NCBI GenBank assembly: GCA_015066745.1
Contig: SVNW01000009.1
Location: forward strand, 844-64,843
Direction of reading: 5' to 3'
Length of the DNA: 64,000 bases
DNA from: Ruminococcus sp.
Lineage (GTDB): Bacteria > Bacillota > Clostridia > Oscillospirales > Ruminococcaceae
Of the stretch, positions 9,540 through 18,307 are shown piece by piece. The notes under the pieces were generated by a model that was not told the origin of the DNA, ran no database searches, and saw nothing but the letters and a program-made list of their open reading frames with translations. Within the stretch, counting starts at the first letter, position 1, and each line of letters opens with the position of its first letter. Position numbers and translations under genes: made by a program.

Positions 9540-11876
9540 TTATTTTTCTCCGGCATCATGCTTTACTCTGTCATTTACCTCTGCTTTTTTTGCATTGTTA
9601 AATCTGTCAACAGTTCCTACAAGATAACCTGTTATTCTTCTTATACGGTCAAATGCCTGAACGTGCTCTTCTTCACGTCTTCCGCACTTAGGACATACGT
9701 CGCCTATTATTCCTGTATAACCGCAGACAGGGTCACGGTCAACAGGGTGATTTATTGAACCATATCCTACGCCTGATTCTTTCATACATCTTACAACTTT
9801 TTCAAACGCAGAAAGATTTTTCAAAGGATCACCATCAAGTTCAACGTAACTGATGTGTCCTGCGTTTGTAAGCTTATGATAAGGAGCTTCGATTTTTATT
9901 TTTTCAAAAGCATTTATCTTATAATAAACAGGAACATGGAAAGAGTTTGTATAATATTCTCTGTCTGTTACACCCTTTATTATACCATACTTCTTAGCGT
10001 CCATCTTTACAAATCTTCCCGAAAGTCCTTCAGCAGGTGTAGCAAGAAGTGTAAAGTTAAGACCTGTACGTTTACTTTCTTCATCAAGTCTTTCACGCAT
10101 ACGTGTAACTATTTCCATACCGAGTTTTCTTGCATCCTCATCTTCACCATGATGTTTACCGGTAAGAGCAACAAGAGTTTCAGCAAGTCCGATAAATCCG
10201 ACTGACATAGTACCATGTTTGAGAACTTCTCCGACAGTATCATTTTCATCAAGCTTTTCAGAATCGATCCATACACCCTGACCCATAAGGAAAGGATAGT
10301 TCTTCACTGTTTTCTGTGACTGTATTCCAAATCTGTGTACAAGCTGTTCCATGGCAAGTTCCATATATTCATCAAGTGAATCAAAAAATGCGCCTATATT
10401 TCTGTCAGCTTCTATAGCAAGACGCGGAAGGTTTATGGAAGTAAAGCTGAGATTTCCTCTGCCTGTAACTATTTCTCTTGATTTATCATAGGTGTTTCCT
10501 ATAACTCTTGTACGACAACCCATATATGCAACTTCTGTATTATAGTCACCTTCTTTGTAATAAGGAAGATTAAACGGTGCATCTATAAATGAGAAGTTAG
10601 GGAAAAGTCTCTTTGCAGAAACTCTGCATGCAAGCTTGAAAAGGTCATAGTTTATATCTTCAGGATTGTAGTTTATACCTTCTTTTATCTTGAAGATGTG
10701 GATAGGGAAAATCGGAGTTTCGCCATTTCCAAGACCTGCTTCATTTGCAAGAAGAATATTTTCTATTACCATTCTTCCTTCAGGAGATGTATCAGTACCG
10801 TAGTTTATTGAACTAAACGGTGTCTGGGCACCTGCACGGCTGTTCATGGTATTGAGGTTATGGATAAGTGCTTCCATAGCCTGATAAGTTGCTCTGTTTG
10901 TTTCCTTAAAGCTTGCTTTTGCTGTAAAGTCCTGAATCTTATCAGCTGTTTCTTCATCTGCATACAAGAGAAGTTCCTTCTTTTCAGCTTCCTGATAACC
11001 ATTATTATTTGCAAGTACAGGTTCAAGACCTGTCTTTTCTTTTACATCAGCAAGTATTTTCTTAGCAGTTTCTGCCGGATTTTCAACGTCTGTAAAGAGT
11101 TCAAGACATCTTTCGATATTCTGTCTGTATCTGCTTATATAAGTCTTCTTTACACCGCCTGACATCGCATAGTCAAAGTTCGGAACACTCTGACCGCCAT
11201 GCTGATCATTTTGATTTGACTGAATAGCTATACAGGCAAGTGCTGAATAACTTGATATGTCATTTGGCTCTCTTAAAAATCCATGACCTGTTGAAAAACC
11301 GTTTTTAAAGAGTTTTATAAGATCGATCTGACAGCAGGTTGTTGTAAGTGTAAGAAAGTCAAGGTCATGAATATGTATATATCCGTCAGCGTGTGCTTTG
11401 GCATGTCTTTCATCAAGTACATACATCTCATAAAATTCCTTTGCACTTACAGAACCATACTTTAGCATAGTTCCCATTGCAGTATCGCCGTCTATATTTG
11501 CATTTTCTCTTTTTATGTCACTGTCTTTGGCAGACTTAAAGGTAAGATCTCTGAAAACTTTCATAAGATTTGTTTTCATTTCTCTTGAACGTGTTCTTTC
11601 ATAACGATACAAAATATATGCCTTAGCTGTCTGAGCATGTCCTTCGTTTATAAGTGTCTTTTCTACTACATCCTGTATCTGCTCAACTGTAGGAGTCTGA
11701 CCTGCATACAGTTTTTCTGCTGTTTCACAGGCACGAAATGCTATCTGCATTGCTTCATCATAATTATGCCCGCCAATAGACTGAGCTGCTTTAAAAATAG
11801 CATTTGCTATTTTCTCAGCATTAAATGGTACCAATCTTCCATCTCTTTTTAATATCTGCTGTATCATTATAAACAC
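9540..11876 (-). CDS. nrdD: Anaerobic ribonucleoside-triphosphate reductase
   Basis: 778 aa. N-terminal ATP-cone-like region. C-terminal zinc ribbon CPKCG and glycyl-radical motif RRITGYLVG. Confidence 0.95.
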   Translation of the reverse strand: MFIMIQQILKRDGRLVPFNAEKIANAIFKAAQSIGGHNYDEAMQIAFRACETAEKLYAGQTPTVEQIQDVVEKTLINEGHAQTAKAYILYRYERTRSREMKTNLMKVFRDLTFKSAKDSDIKRENANIDGDTAMGTMLKYGSVSAKEFYEMYVLDERHAKAHADGYIHIHDLDFLTLTTTCCQIDLIKLFKNGFSTGHGFLREPNDISSYSALACIAIQSNQNDQHGGQSVPNFDYAMSGGVKKTYISRYRQNIERCLELFTDVENPAETAKKILADVKEKTGLEPVLANNNGYQEAEKKELLLYADEETADKIQDFTAKASFKETNRATYQAMEALIHNLNTMNSRAGAQTPFSSINYGTDTSPEGRMVIENILLANEAGLGNGETPIFPIHIFKIKEGINYNPEDINYDLFKLACRVSAKRLFPNFSFIDAPFNLPYYKEGDYNTEVAYMGCRTRVIGNTYDKSREIVTGRGNLSFTSINLPRLAIEADRNIGAFFDSLDEYMELAMEQLVHRFGIQSQKTVKNYPFLMGQGVWIDSEKLDENDTVGEVLKHGTMSVGFIGLAETLVALTGKHHGEDEDARKLGMEIVTRMRERLDEESKRTGLNFTLLATPAEGLSGRFVKMDAKKYGIIKGVTDREYYTNSFHVPVYYKINAFEKIKIEAPYHKLTNAGHISYVELDGDPLKNLSAFEKVVRCMKESGVGYGSINHPVDRDPVCGYTGIIGDVCPKCGRREEEHVQAFDRIRRITGYLVGTVDRFNNAKKAEVNDRVKHDAGEK

Positions 11877-11940
11877 TCTCCCGATTACACTTTTTTCAAA
11901 ACATTACCGGACTTAAATCTTGTATCCGGCACAAGTGATT

Positions 11941-12411
11941 TTAAAACAATTTTTCCAGTGCTTTCTCTGCTTTTTTCGTATCACTTCCGACAACGAGATA
12001 AACATAATCGCCTTCTGTCTTTACCTTGCTTTCGCTAAGCTTATCATATTCAACCGGTGCGTAACTCTGAAGTACTTTTTTTCTTTCTTCGATTCTTCCA
12101 TTCAAAGCATTTTGTATATTTTTAAGACTATCACTGTCAGCAGCCTTAACTACAATAACTTCATCGGCAAATGCAGGATTTCCGGCTGCCTGTGCTGCAA
12201 ATTCTTCATACCAGCTTTCTTCGATGTCATAATTGAATTTTATGTATTCACCCTCAACTGATTCCATTTCTTCAAACTTAGCTCCGCTTTCAAGCGCAGC
12301 AGACAAAAGTTTCTGAGCTGAAACATCAGTTTTTTCATCTCCGCCACTACATGAACAAAACATCATTGCAGATGCTGCGAGTGCAATAAACCCTTTAAAT
12401 AACTTTTTCAT
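11941..12411 (-). CDS. DUF4358-like lipoprotein
   Basis: 156 aa. Lipobox MFCSCSGG. C-terminal ...ADEVIVVKA...YVYLVVGSD pattern recalled from DUF4358 proteins. Confidence 0.6.
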   Translation of the reverse strand: MKKLFKGFIALAASAMMFCSCSGGDEKTDVSAQKLLSAALESGAKFEEMESVEGEYIKFNYDIEESWYEEFAAQAAGNPAFADEVIVVKAADSDSLKNIQNALNGRIEERKKVLQSYAPVEYDKLSESKVKTEGDYVYLVVGSDTKKAEKALEKLF

Positions 12412-12434
12412 TTTTATATTTCCCTTTCTGTTAA

Positions 12435-13475
12435 TTATTCAACCACATGGTTTAAAATATATTCTTTAAAAGTACTGTACAAATTTTTGGACATATGAAC
12501 ACCATCTGTAGATGACGATAAATGACCATTTGAATCTTTTATTCCCGGACAAACATCAAGATAATACCAGTTATTTCTTGATGCCATATCAAGAAGCTTA
12601 CTGTTATAAGAATTTATATCAGAATTAAGATATTTTCCGCTTGCAACATCAGCTCTTGATTCTCTTTCGGCTGTTACCGGAGGAATGCCCATTATATATA
12701 TATTGGCTGAGGGCAGAGATTTTTTTAAAGACAATACAAATTCTTCATACATTTCTATCATTGTATCTTTATCTGTCCACATAACGCCATTTGTACCCAT
12801 CATTATATATACATTTTCCGGTGCAATAGATGCAACAGAACTTATATCTATATTTTCGTTTATATGAGCAAGACTAATCCCATTTTTAGCAAACACTCTT
12901 TTCTTATCAACAATTTCGTATCCGCCCAGTCCATTAATGTGAGAATCACCTAAAAAAGCACACTTTTCAAAATAATCATCACCGTACACCGAAGACTGCG
13001 GTACAGGACTGCTGTAATCATATCCTAAGGAAACGACCGGTGGTTCTGTAACAACAGGAATCGTAGTCTGCTCGGCAGTTGTTGCTGTAGTTGTTACTGT
13101 AGTGGTCTGAACAGTTGTAGTGGTAATCGCAGTTGTTGTAGTTACTGAAGATGTAGCTGAAACCGTTGTAGCAGAAGTTGATGTTTCAGCAGATGTTCCG
13201 GTTATAGTCGTTACTGAAGTCGCAACTGTTGTAACATCGCTATTTGTTGTGACACCGGTACTCTCTTTGCCTTTAGTAATTTCGGTTTCTTTTGGAGCTG
13301 TTGTTGTCACTGTTGTTATGTGCTCTATGCTTTTATCTGATTCTTCAACTGATATATCCTCTTTTTCCTTAGCAATATATGTATCCAGTTCACTACGTAC
13401 CACACACGATATATAACTTCCGGCAAACACTACAGAAAGTACTGCAGCTGCTATCCTCATTTTCATATTATCCAT
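12435..13475 (-). CDS. Membrane-anchored SGNH/GDSL-type hydrolase with a Thr/Val-rich linker
   Basis: 346 aa. N-terminal TM, roughly 90-aa T/V/S/A low-complexity linker, GDS block FLGDSHINGL, C-terminal DGVHM. Confidence 0.65.
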   Translation of the reverse strand: MDNMKMRIAAAVLSVVFAGSYISCVVRSELDTYIAKEKEDISVEESDKSIEHITTVTTTAPKETEITKGKESTGVTTNSDVTTVATSVTTITGTSAETSTSATTVSATSSVTTTTAITTTTVQTTTVTTTATTAEQTTIPVVTEPPVVSLGYDYSSPVPQSSVYGDDYFEKCAFLGDSHINGLGGYEIVDKKRVFAKNGISLAHINENIDISSVASIAPENVYIMMGTNGVMWTDKDTMIEMYEEFVLSLKKSLPSANIYIMGIPPVTAERESRADVASGKYLNSDINSYNSKLLDMASRNNWYYLDVCPGIKDSNGHLSSSTDGVHMSKNLYSTFKEYILNHVVE

Positions 13476-13501
13476 TATATGTACACGATCCGCCTTTCAA
13501 A

Positions 13502-14404
13502 CTATGCAGTATGAGTAAGAATATATTCGATAAACTCTCCATATACATCTTTTACAAAATGCATTCCGTCTGTTGTATCTTCGTCGGAAAGTTTTCCGTT
13601 ACTGTCTTTAAGTGCAGTATTTACATCAACATAATATACTGATTTTTCATTTGCAAGTGCAAGAAGTTTTTCATTAAATACATCTATTTCTGTATTAAGT
13701 ACACGACCTTTTTCTGCTGTTTCGATCTGTTCTTTCTTTGTTCCTACAGGAGTAAGGGAAATAATATAGATGTCAGTTTCTGGAAGTTTCTCCCTTATGC
13801 TGTCTATAAATGCTGAATACTCATCAATCATTTTTTTATTTCCGTTCTGAACATCATACCATGCCACACCATTCATTCCAAGCATAATATATACATTTTC
13901 AGGTTTGATCTGTTCAAGTGCATCAAGCACAAGAGTTTTTCCACGCAAAGGAGTTTCTACCTGTTCTGTTGCTACATTATCAAGTCTGAGTCCGATAGAT
14001 GCCAGAACATTTTCAGGGGAAACAAACTTATATCCTGAAAGTCCTGATGTTATAGAATCGCCTACAAATACACTCTTTTCAAGATAAGAATCATCTTTTC
14101 TTTCACTCTGTGCAACAGGGTTTACAGCATCGCCTGGTACAACCGGAGATTGTACATCCGGTTCAGATGATGCTTCTTCGGATACTTTATTTTTATTTTC
14201 ATCGGTAATTATAGACATTCCGGGATTTTTGTTATCCGGAACAGGCATATTTTCAATTGGTTTTGAACTTATATCAAACTTCAAAGCATATATAATAAAA
14301 CTTATTAAAATACTTAAAATAAAAAACAACAATATAACAGATAATCTGAATGTATTTCTAAGTTGTTTTCTTTTTCTTGGTTTTCCCGGTCTTGCTTCTG
14401 CCAT
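13502..14404 (-). CDS. Membrane-anchored SGNH/GDSL-type hydrolase (paralog of the upstream gene)
   Basis: 300 aa. N-terminal TM, GDS block FVGDSITSGL, C-terminal DGMHF. Confidence 0.65.
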   Translation of the reverse strand: MAEARPGKPRKRKQLRNTFRLSVILLFFILSILISFIIYALKFDISSKPIENMPVPDNKNPGMSIITDENKNKVSEEASSEPDVQSPVVPGDAVNPVAQSERKDDSYLEKSVFVGDSITSGLSGYKFVSPENVLASIGLRLDNVATEQVETPLRGKTLVLDALEQIKPENVYIMLGMNGVAWYDVQNGNKKMIDEYSAFIDSIREKLPETDIYIISLTPVGTKKEQIETAEKGRVLNTEIDVFNEKLLALANEKSVYYVDVNTALKDSNGKLSDEDTTDGMHFVKDVYGEFIEYILTHTA

Positions 14405-14672
14405 ATTTTCTCTTCCTTCCTCTAATAAAAAAGCTTTACATTATCAATTCACAGCCATTAATCATTATACAACAAACATCAAAGTTTTTCAAGAGATTCA
14501 CGATGCCATTATGTTCCTTAAAACGTCTAACTCACGTTATTCTCTAAAAAATTATATTTATAAATTTTTCTTTAAGGAAACAAAAGGATAATCAATCTGT
14601 AAAATACATACTGACTATCCTTCAATGCTATTTAAAAGAAAAATATTTTTTTCATTTACTATAATATATCTT

Positions 14673-16349
14673 TCAGGCGAGTTTAAGAACCATTGTCTTT
14701 GAAATTTCTTCTGTAACAGGTTTATTCCATACATATCCCTGTATGTAATCACAACCTATATCATTAAGAATTGACAGCTGTTCATCATCTTCAACACCTT
14801 CGGCAATTATCTCCATCTTCATAGTATGTCCCATTGAAATAATAGCACGGACAAATTCGTCAGCACCATCATCAAGAGCTATTCTGTCTATGAATGATTT
14901 GTCAATTTTAAGGAGCTGAACAGGTAACTTTGCAAGATAATTCAAAGAAGCATATCCTGTCCCGAAATCATCTATTGCAAGTGATATTCCCATATCACGA
15001 AGCTTATTAAGAACAACCACTGCATGTTCCACAGATGCAAGACATACTGACTCTGTAACTTCTATCTCAAGACATCTTGGCGGAAATCCTGTTTCTTCGA
15101 GAGCACGTCTGAGATCAGGAAGAAAACATTTGTCAAGCAGATGTGACGCTGAGATATTTATAGAAATAAGAATCTCTGAACCACATTTTTTTAACACTTC
15201 AGAAAAACTTTCCATTACATTTTTTATAACCCATTTGTCTATGTTAAGTATCATTCTGCTCTTTTCTGCGATGCTTATGAACTCACCGGGATACACAACA
15301 CGTCCGTATCGGTTTATACGTATAAGTGATTCAAACCCTCGTAATTTTCTTGTACGTAAATCATACTGTGGCTGAAACATCATAAAAAAACTGTCGTTTT
15401 CCAGAGCATCTCTTACAAGCTGTTCCTGCTCATGGCTTATACGAAGTCTGTTCATCATGCCTTCTCTGTATTCTGTGATCTTAGCTTTACCAAGTTCTTT
15501 TGAATGATACATCGCTGTATCTGCACAACTAAGCAGAGTAGCATAATCACGTCCGTCATGCGGATAGAATGCCACACCGAAACTAGCTGTTACTCTGAAC
15601 ATCTGAAACGGTAATCCCAGATTTTCATTTGTCATTCCGGAAATATCATTTATATGCCTTATAACATCTTGTTTACTACCGGTTGCTGGAATGATAAGTG
15701 CAAATTCATCTCCGCCTATTCTCACAAGATAATCATCAGGTGACAACTTCTTTTTCAATTCTTCCGCTACAAATTTCAGAGCATCATCTCCGATATTGTG
15801 ACCGGAAATATCATTTATCATCTTGAAGTCATCAAGATCAATAAATACAAGCGCAAACTCCTCATATTTTCTCATATATTCAATGATGACTTTCTGAAGA
15901 GCACGCATATTAGGCAAATCTGTCAATGCATCAGTATCAGCCTGAACCTGCAGTTTTTCGTTTATCTTTTCCATTTTGGTTATATATGAATACATAAAAC
16001 ACAGTGTAATAAAATTTACAATTACGACTGACATACCTGAAATCACCGTTGTCCGCCCATAACGTACAAGTGGCATACTCAGATGTATCATATGTATGGC
16101 ACATAAAACTCCAGCCATATAAAAACCACGTTTTTTATATGCTACAACCATCCATAGAAGCTGAAGACAATTTATTGTTGTTATCAATCCACAGATAGAA
16201 TTATAGTTGACCCCTGCAATCTGAATTTGCTTTGAGTCTATTACAGATGTTACTAAAAGAAGAATAAAGTATAAGCTAACATCAAATATCAAAATTAATC
16301 TATTAATTTTTGAAGAATTACTTACAGATATATACTTCATACAAACCAT
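14673..16349 (-). CDS. Membrane GGDEF-EAL protein (diguanylate cyclase/phosphodiesterase)
   Basis: 558 aa. About 5 N-terminal TM helices. Intact RIGGDEF. EAL signatures ESLIRI, DDFGTGYASL, EGVEDDEQ and QGYVWNKP. Confidence 0.8.
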   Translation of the reverse strand: MVCMKYISVSNSSKINRLILIFDVSLYFILLLVTSVIDSKQIQIAGVNYNSICGLITTINCLQLLWMVVAYKKRGFYMAGVLCAIHMIHLSMPLVRYGRTTVISGMSVVIVNFITLCFMYSYITKMEKINEKLQVQADTDALTDLPNMRALQKVIIEYMRKYEEFALVFIDLDDFKMINDISGHNIGDDALKFVAEELKKKLSPDDYLVRIGGDEFALIIPATGSKQDVIRHINDISGMTNENLGLPFQMFRVTASFGVAFYPHDGRDYATLLSCADTAMYHSKELGKAKITEYREGMMNRLRISHEQEQLVRDALENDSFFMMFQPQYDLRTRKLRGFESLIRINRYGRVVYPGEFISIAEKSRMILNIDKWVIKNVMESFSEVLKKCGSEILISINISASHLLDKCFLPDLRRALEETGFPPRCLEIEVTESVCLASVEHAVVVLNKLRDMGISLAIDDFGTGYASLNYLAKLPVQLLKIDKSFIDRIALDDGADEFVRAIISMGHTMKMEIIAEGVEDDEQLSILNDIGCDYIQGYVWNKPVTEEISKTMVLKLA

Positions 16350-16434
16350 CCTTTATAATGTCTGCTCATTTGTCGTCCTTTACTCATGTACACAGACACC
16401 GACACGTCAAAAAGCAATCCTCACTTATATTGAC

Positions 16435-17811
16435 TTATTCAAAATCGCTTTCAGCAAGTCTGGCAACCTTCATCATTATAGCACATTCAAGTCTCTTTTT
16501 CTGCAACTGACATGAAAGCTTGTGTGCATTATGAATATCACCGGCATACTGATAGTTATTGGCGTTACATCCGCCACTGCAATAAAACTTTGCCCAGCAC
16601 TTCTTGCATTCCGGTTTTGTATAAATATTTGCATGAGCAAATTCATCTTTTATAGAAAGATCGAACGTACCTTCATCAAGATTTCCCATTTTAAATTTCT
16701 GTTCTCCGACAAACTGATGACAAGGATAAATATCACCATCTGGGGTAACAGCTACATATTCATTACCACAGCCACAGCCTCTTAAACGCTTTATAGCACA
16801 AGGTCCCTGATCAAGATCAAGCATAAAGTGGAAGAAATTGAACTTGTCTCCCTTTTTCTCTGCCTCAAGAATACGCAAAGCAAGATTTTCATATTCTTTG
16901 AATGTCTGTGGAAGATCGCCTTCTGTTATTGCATATGATTCACTTGGCTTACATACTACAGGTTCAACTGAGATCTGTTCAAATCCTGCCTCATAAAGAC
17001 TGAATACGTCATCAGCAAAGTCAAGGTTATACTTTGTAAATGTACCTCTTACATAGTAATCCTTATCGCCTCTTGCATCTACAAGCTTTTTGAACTTCGG
17101 AGCTATTATATCATAGCTTCCTCCGCCGTCAACTCTCTTACGTACCTTGTCATTTACATTCTTTCTTCCGTCAAGTGAAAGAACTACATTTGACATTTCC
17201 TGATTTATAAACTCGGTGTTGCTGTCGTTGAGAAGTATACCGTTTGTAGTTATTGTAAATCTGAAGTTTTTTCCGCACTCTTTTTCACGCATACGTGCAT
17301 ACTTTACTATTTCTTTAACAACTTCAAAGTTCATAAGTGGCTCGCCACCAAAGAAGTCGAGTTCAAGATTTTCCCTGTCTGCAGACTGCTTGATAAGGAA
17401 ATCAATAGCTTTCTTTCCTGTTTCAAGTGGCATAAGCTTTCTGCCTTCACCAAAATCACCTGTTGACGCAAAACAGTACTCACATCTGAGATTACAGTCA
17501 TGTGCAATATGCAGACACATAGCCTTTACAGGAGATGCAACAGAATACTTTGCAAACTTTTCATAGTCATCTTCACTGAAAAGTATCTTTTCGTTGTAAA
17601 GCTCAACTATCTCATCATAACAACTTTCTATATCATCTTTTTCATAAAATTTCAAAAGTTTTTCAACAACATTTTCCGGACATTTTTCTGAAAAAGGAGG
17701 TTCAACATTATCAAGAAGATCATATGTCAGATCGTCTACAACATGTACACCGCCACTGTTTACATCAAGTACGATATTATATCCGGCAAGTTTATATTTA
17801 TGTATCATCAA
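16435..17811 (-). CDS. scfB: Radical SAM/SPASM maturase of the SCIFF peptide
   Basis: 458 aa. N-terminus MIHKYKLAGYNIVLDVNSGGVHVVDDLTYDLL, CxxxCxxC (CNLRCEYC) and a C-terminal Cys-rich SPASM region. Directly downstream of the SCIFF precursor gene. Confidence 0.9.
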   Translation of the reverse strand: MMIHKYKLAGYNIVLDVNSGGVHVVDDLTYDLLDNVEPPFSEKCPENVVEKLLKFYEKDDIESCYDEIVELYNEKILFSEDDYEKFAKYSVASPVKAMCLHIAHDCNLRCEYCFASTGDFGEGRKLMPLETGKKAIDFLIKQSADRENLELDFFGGEPLMNFEVVKEIVKYARMREKECGKNFRFTITTNGILLNDSNTEFINQEMSNVVLSLDGRKNVNDKVRKRVDGGGSYDIIAPKFKKLVDARGDKDYYVRGTFTKYNLDFADDVFSLYEAGFEQISVEPVVCKPSESYAITEGDLPQTFKEYENLALRILEAEKKGDKFNFFHFMLDLDQGPCAIKRLRGCGCGNEYVAVTPDGDIYPCHQFVGEQKFKMGNLDEGTFDLSIKDEFAHANIYTKPECKKCWAKFYCSGGCNANNYQYAGDIHNAHKLSCQLQKKRLECAIMMKVARLAESDFE

Positions 17812-17850
17812 AATTTCAATCCTTCCATATTATAAAAACAAAAACGACAT

Positions 17851-17881
17851 ATAAAAAGGGACAACAATAAATTGTCCCTCT
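17851..17881 (-). terminator. Hairpin plus U-tract between scfA and scfB (probable partial terminator/attenuator)
   Basis: Minus strand AGGGACAA-tttattg-TTGTCCCT followed by TTTTAT: 8-bp stem, 7-nt loop. Confidence 0.5.
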
Positions 17882-17906
17882 CTATCGATTCAGAAAAAAT
17901 CAGAAA

Positions 17907-18050
17907 TTATTTTGAGTTTTCGCACTTCTGATTAGCTACTGTACAAGATGTCTTACAAGCTGACTGACATGATGCCTGGCACTTACCGCATCCGCCCTTC
18001 TTAGCTGTTTCCTTAAGATTTGCCTTGTTTATAGTTCTGATATGTTTCAT
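17907..18050 (-). CDS. scfA: SCIFF (six-cysteines-in-forty-five) ribosomal peptide precursor
   Basis: MKHIRTINKANLKETAKKGGCGKCQASCQSACKTSCTVANQKCENSK, 47 aa with six Cys. GGAGG RBS 8 nt upstream of this ATG. The 70-aa ORF-track call over-extends at the 5' end. Confidence 0.9.
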   Translation of the reverse strand: MKHIRTINKANLKETAKKGGCGKCQASCQSACKTSCTVANQKCENSK

Positions 18051-18219
18051 AATCTTCCATCCTCCAGAATAAATTTTTAACTCATAATTGATTATATCAT
18101 ATAAAACCGTATTTTTCAAGCCTTTTTCCTTGATAATAACAGCAACATCAAATATAACGTCATTTACAACAGTTAGACTATGATATTTATGAATTAATAG
18201 TGCATTTTAACAAATTTAT

Positions 18220-18296
18220 CACACACTTATTATTCCTTTTAAGGAAGATAATACCCCTTCATGTACTCTTTTGTTTACACCGATAACTCCGCCGAT
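18220..18296. repeat. Left copy of a 77-bp direct repeat (displaced 3' end of the TIGR04086-like gene)
   Basis: Identical to 24431..24507 except for one mismatch (18228 T versus 24439 C). Homology stops abruptly at 18297. Confidence 0.9.
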
Positions 18297-18307
18297 TACA
18301 CCATATA

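Noticed and set aside
11877-11940. Looked for NrdR boxes or a cobalamin riboswitch upstream of nrdD.
   Set aside because: Only 64 nt separate nrdD from the upstream gene. I could not recognise an NrdR-box palindrome or B12-box there.
17907-18119. 70-aa version of the SCIFF ORF.
   Set aside because: The internal ATG at 18050 has a GGAGG RBS and yields the canonical ~47-aa SCIFF peptide. The upstream extension has no RBS and is not family-like.
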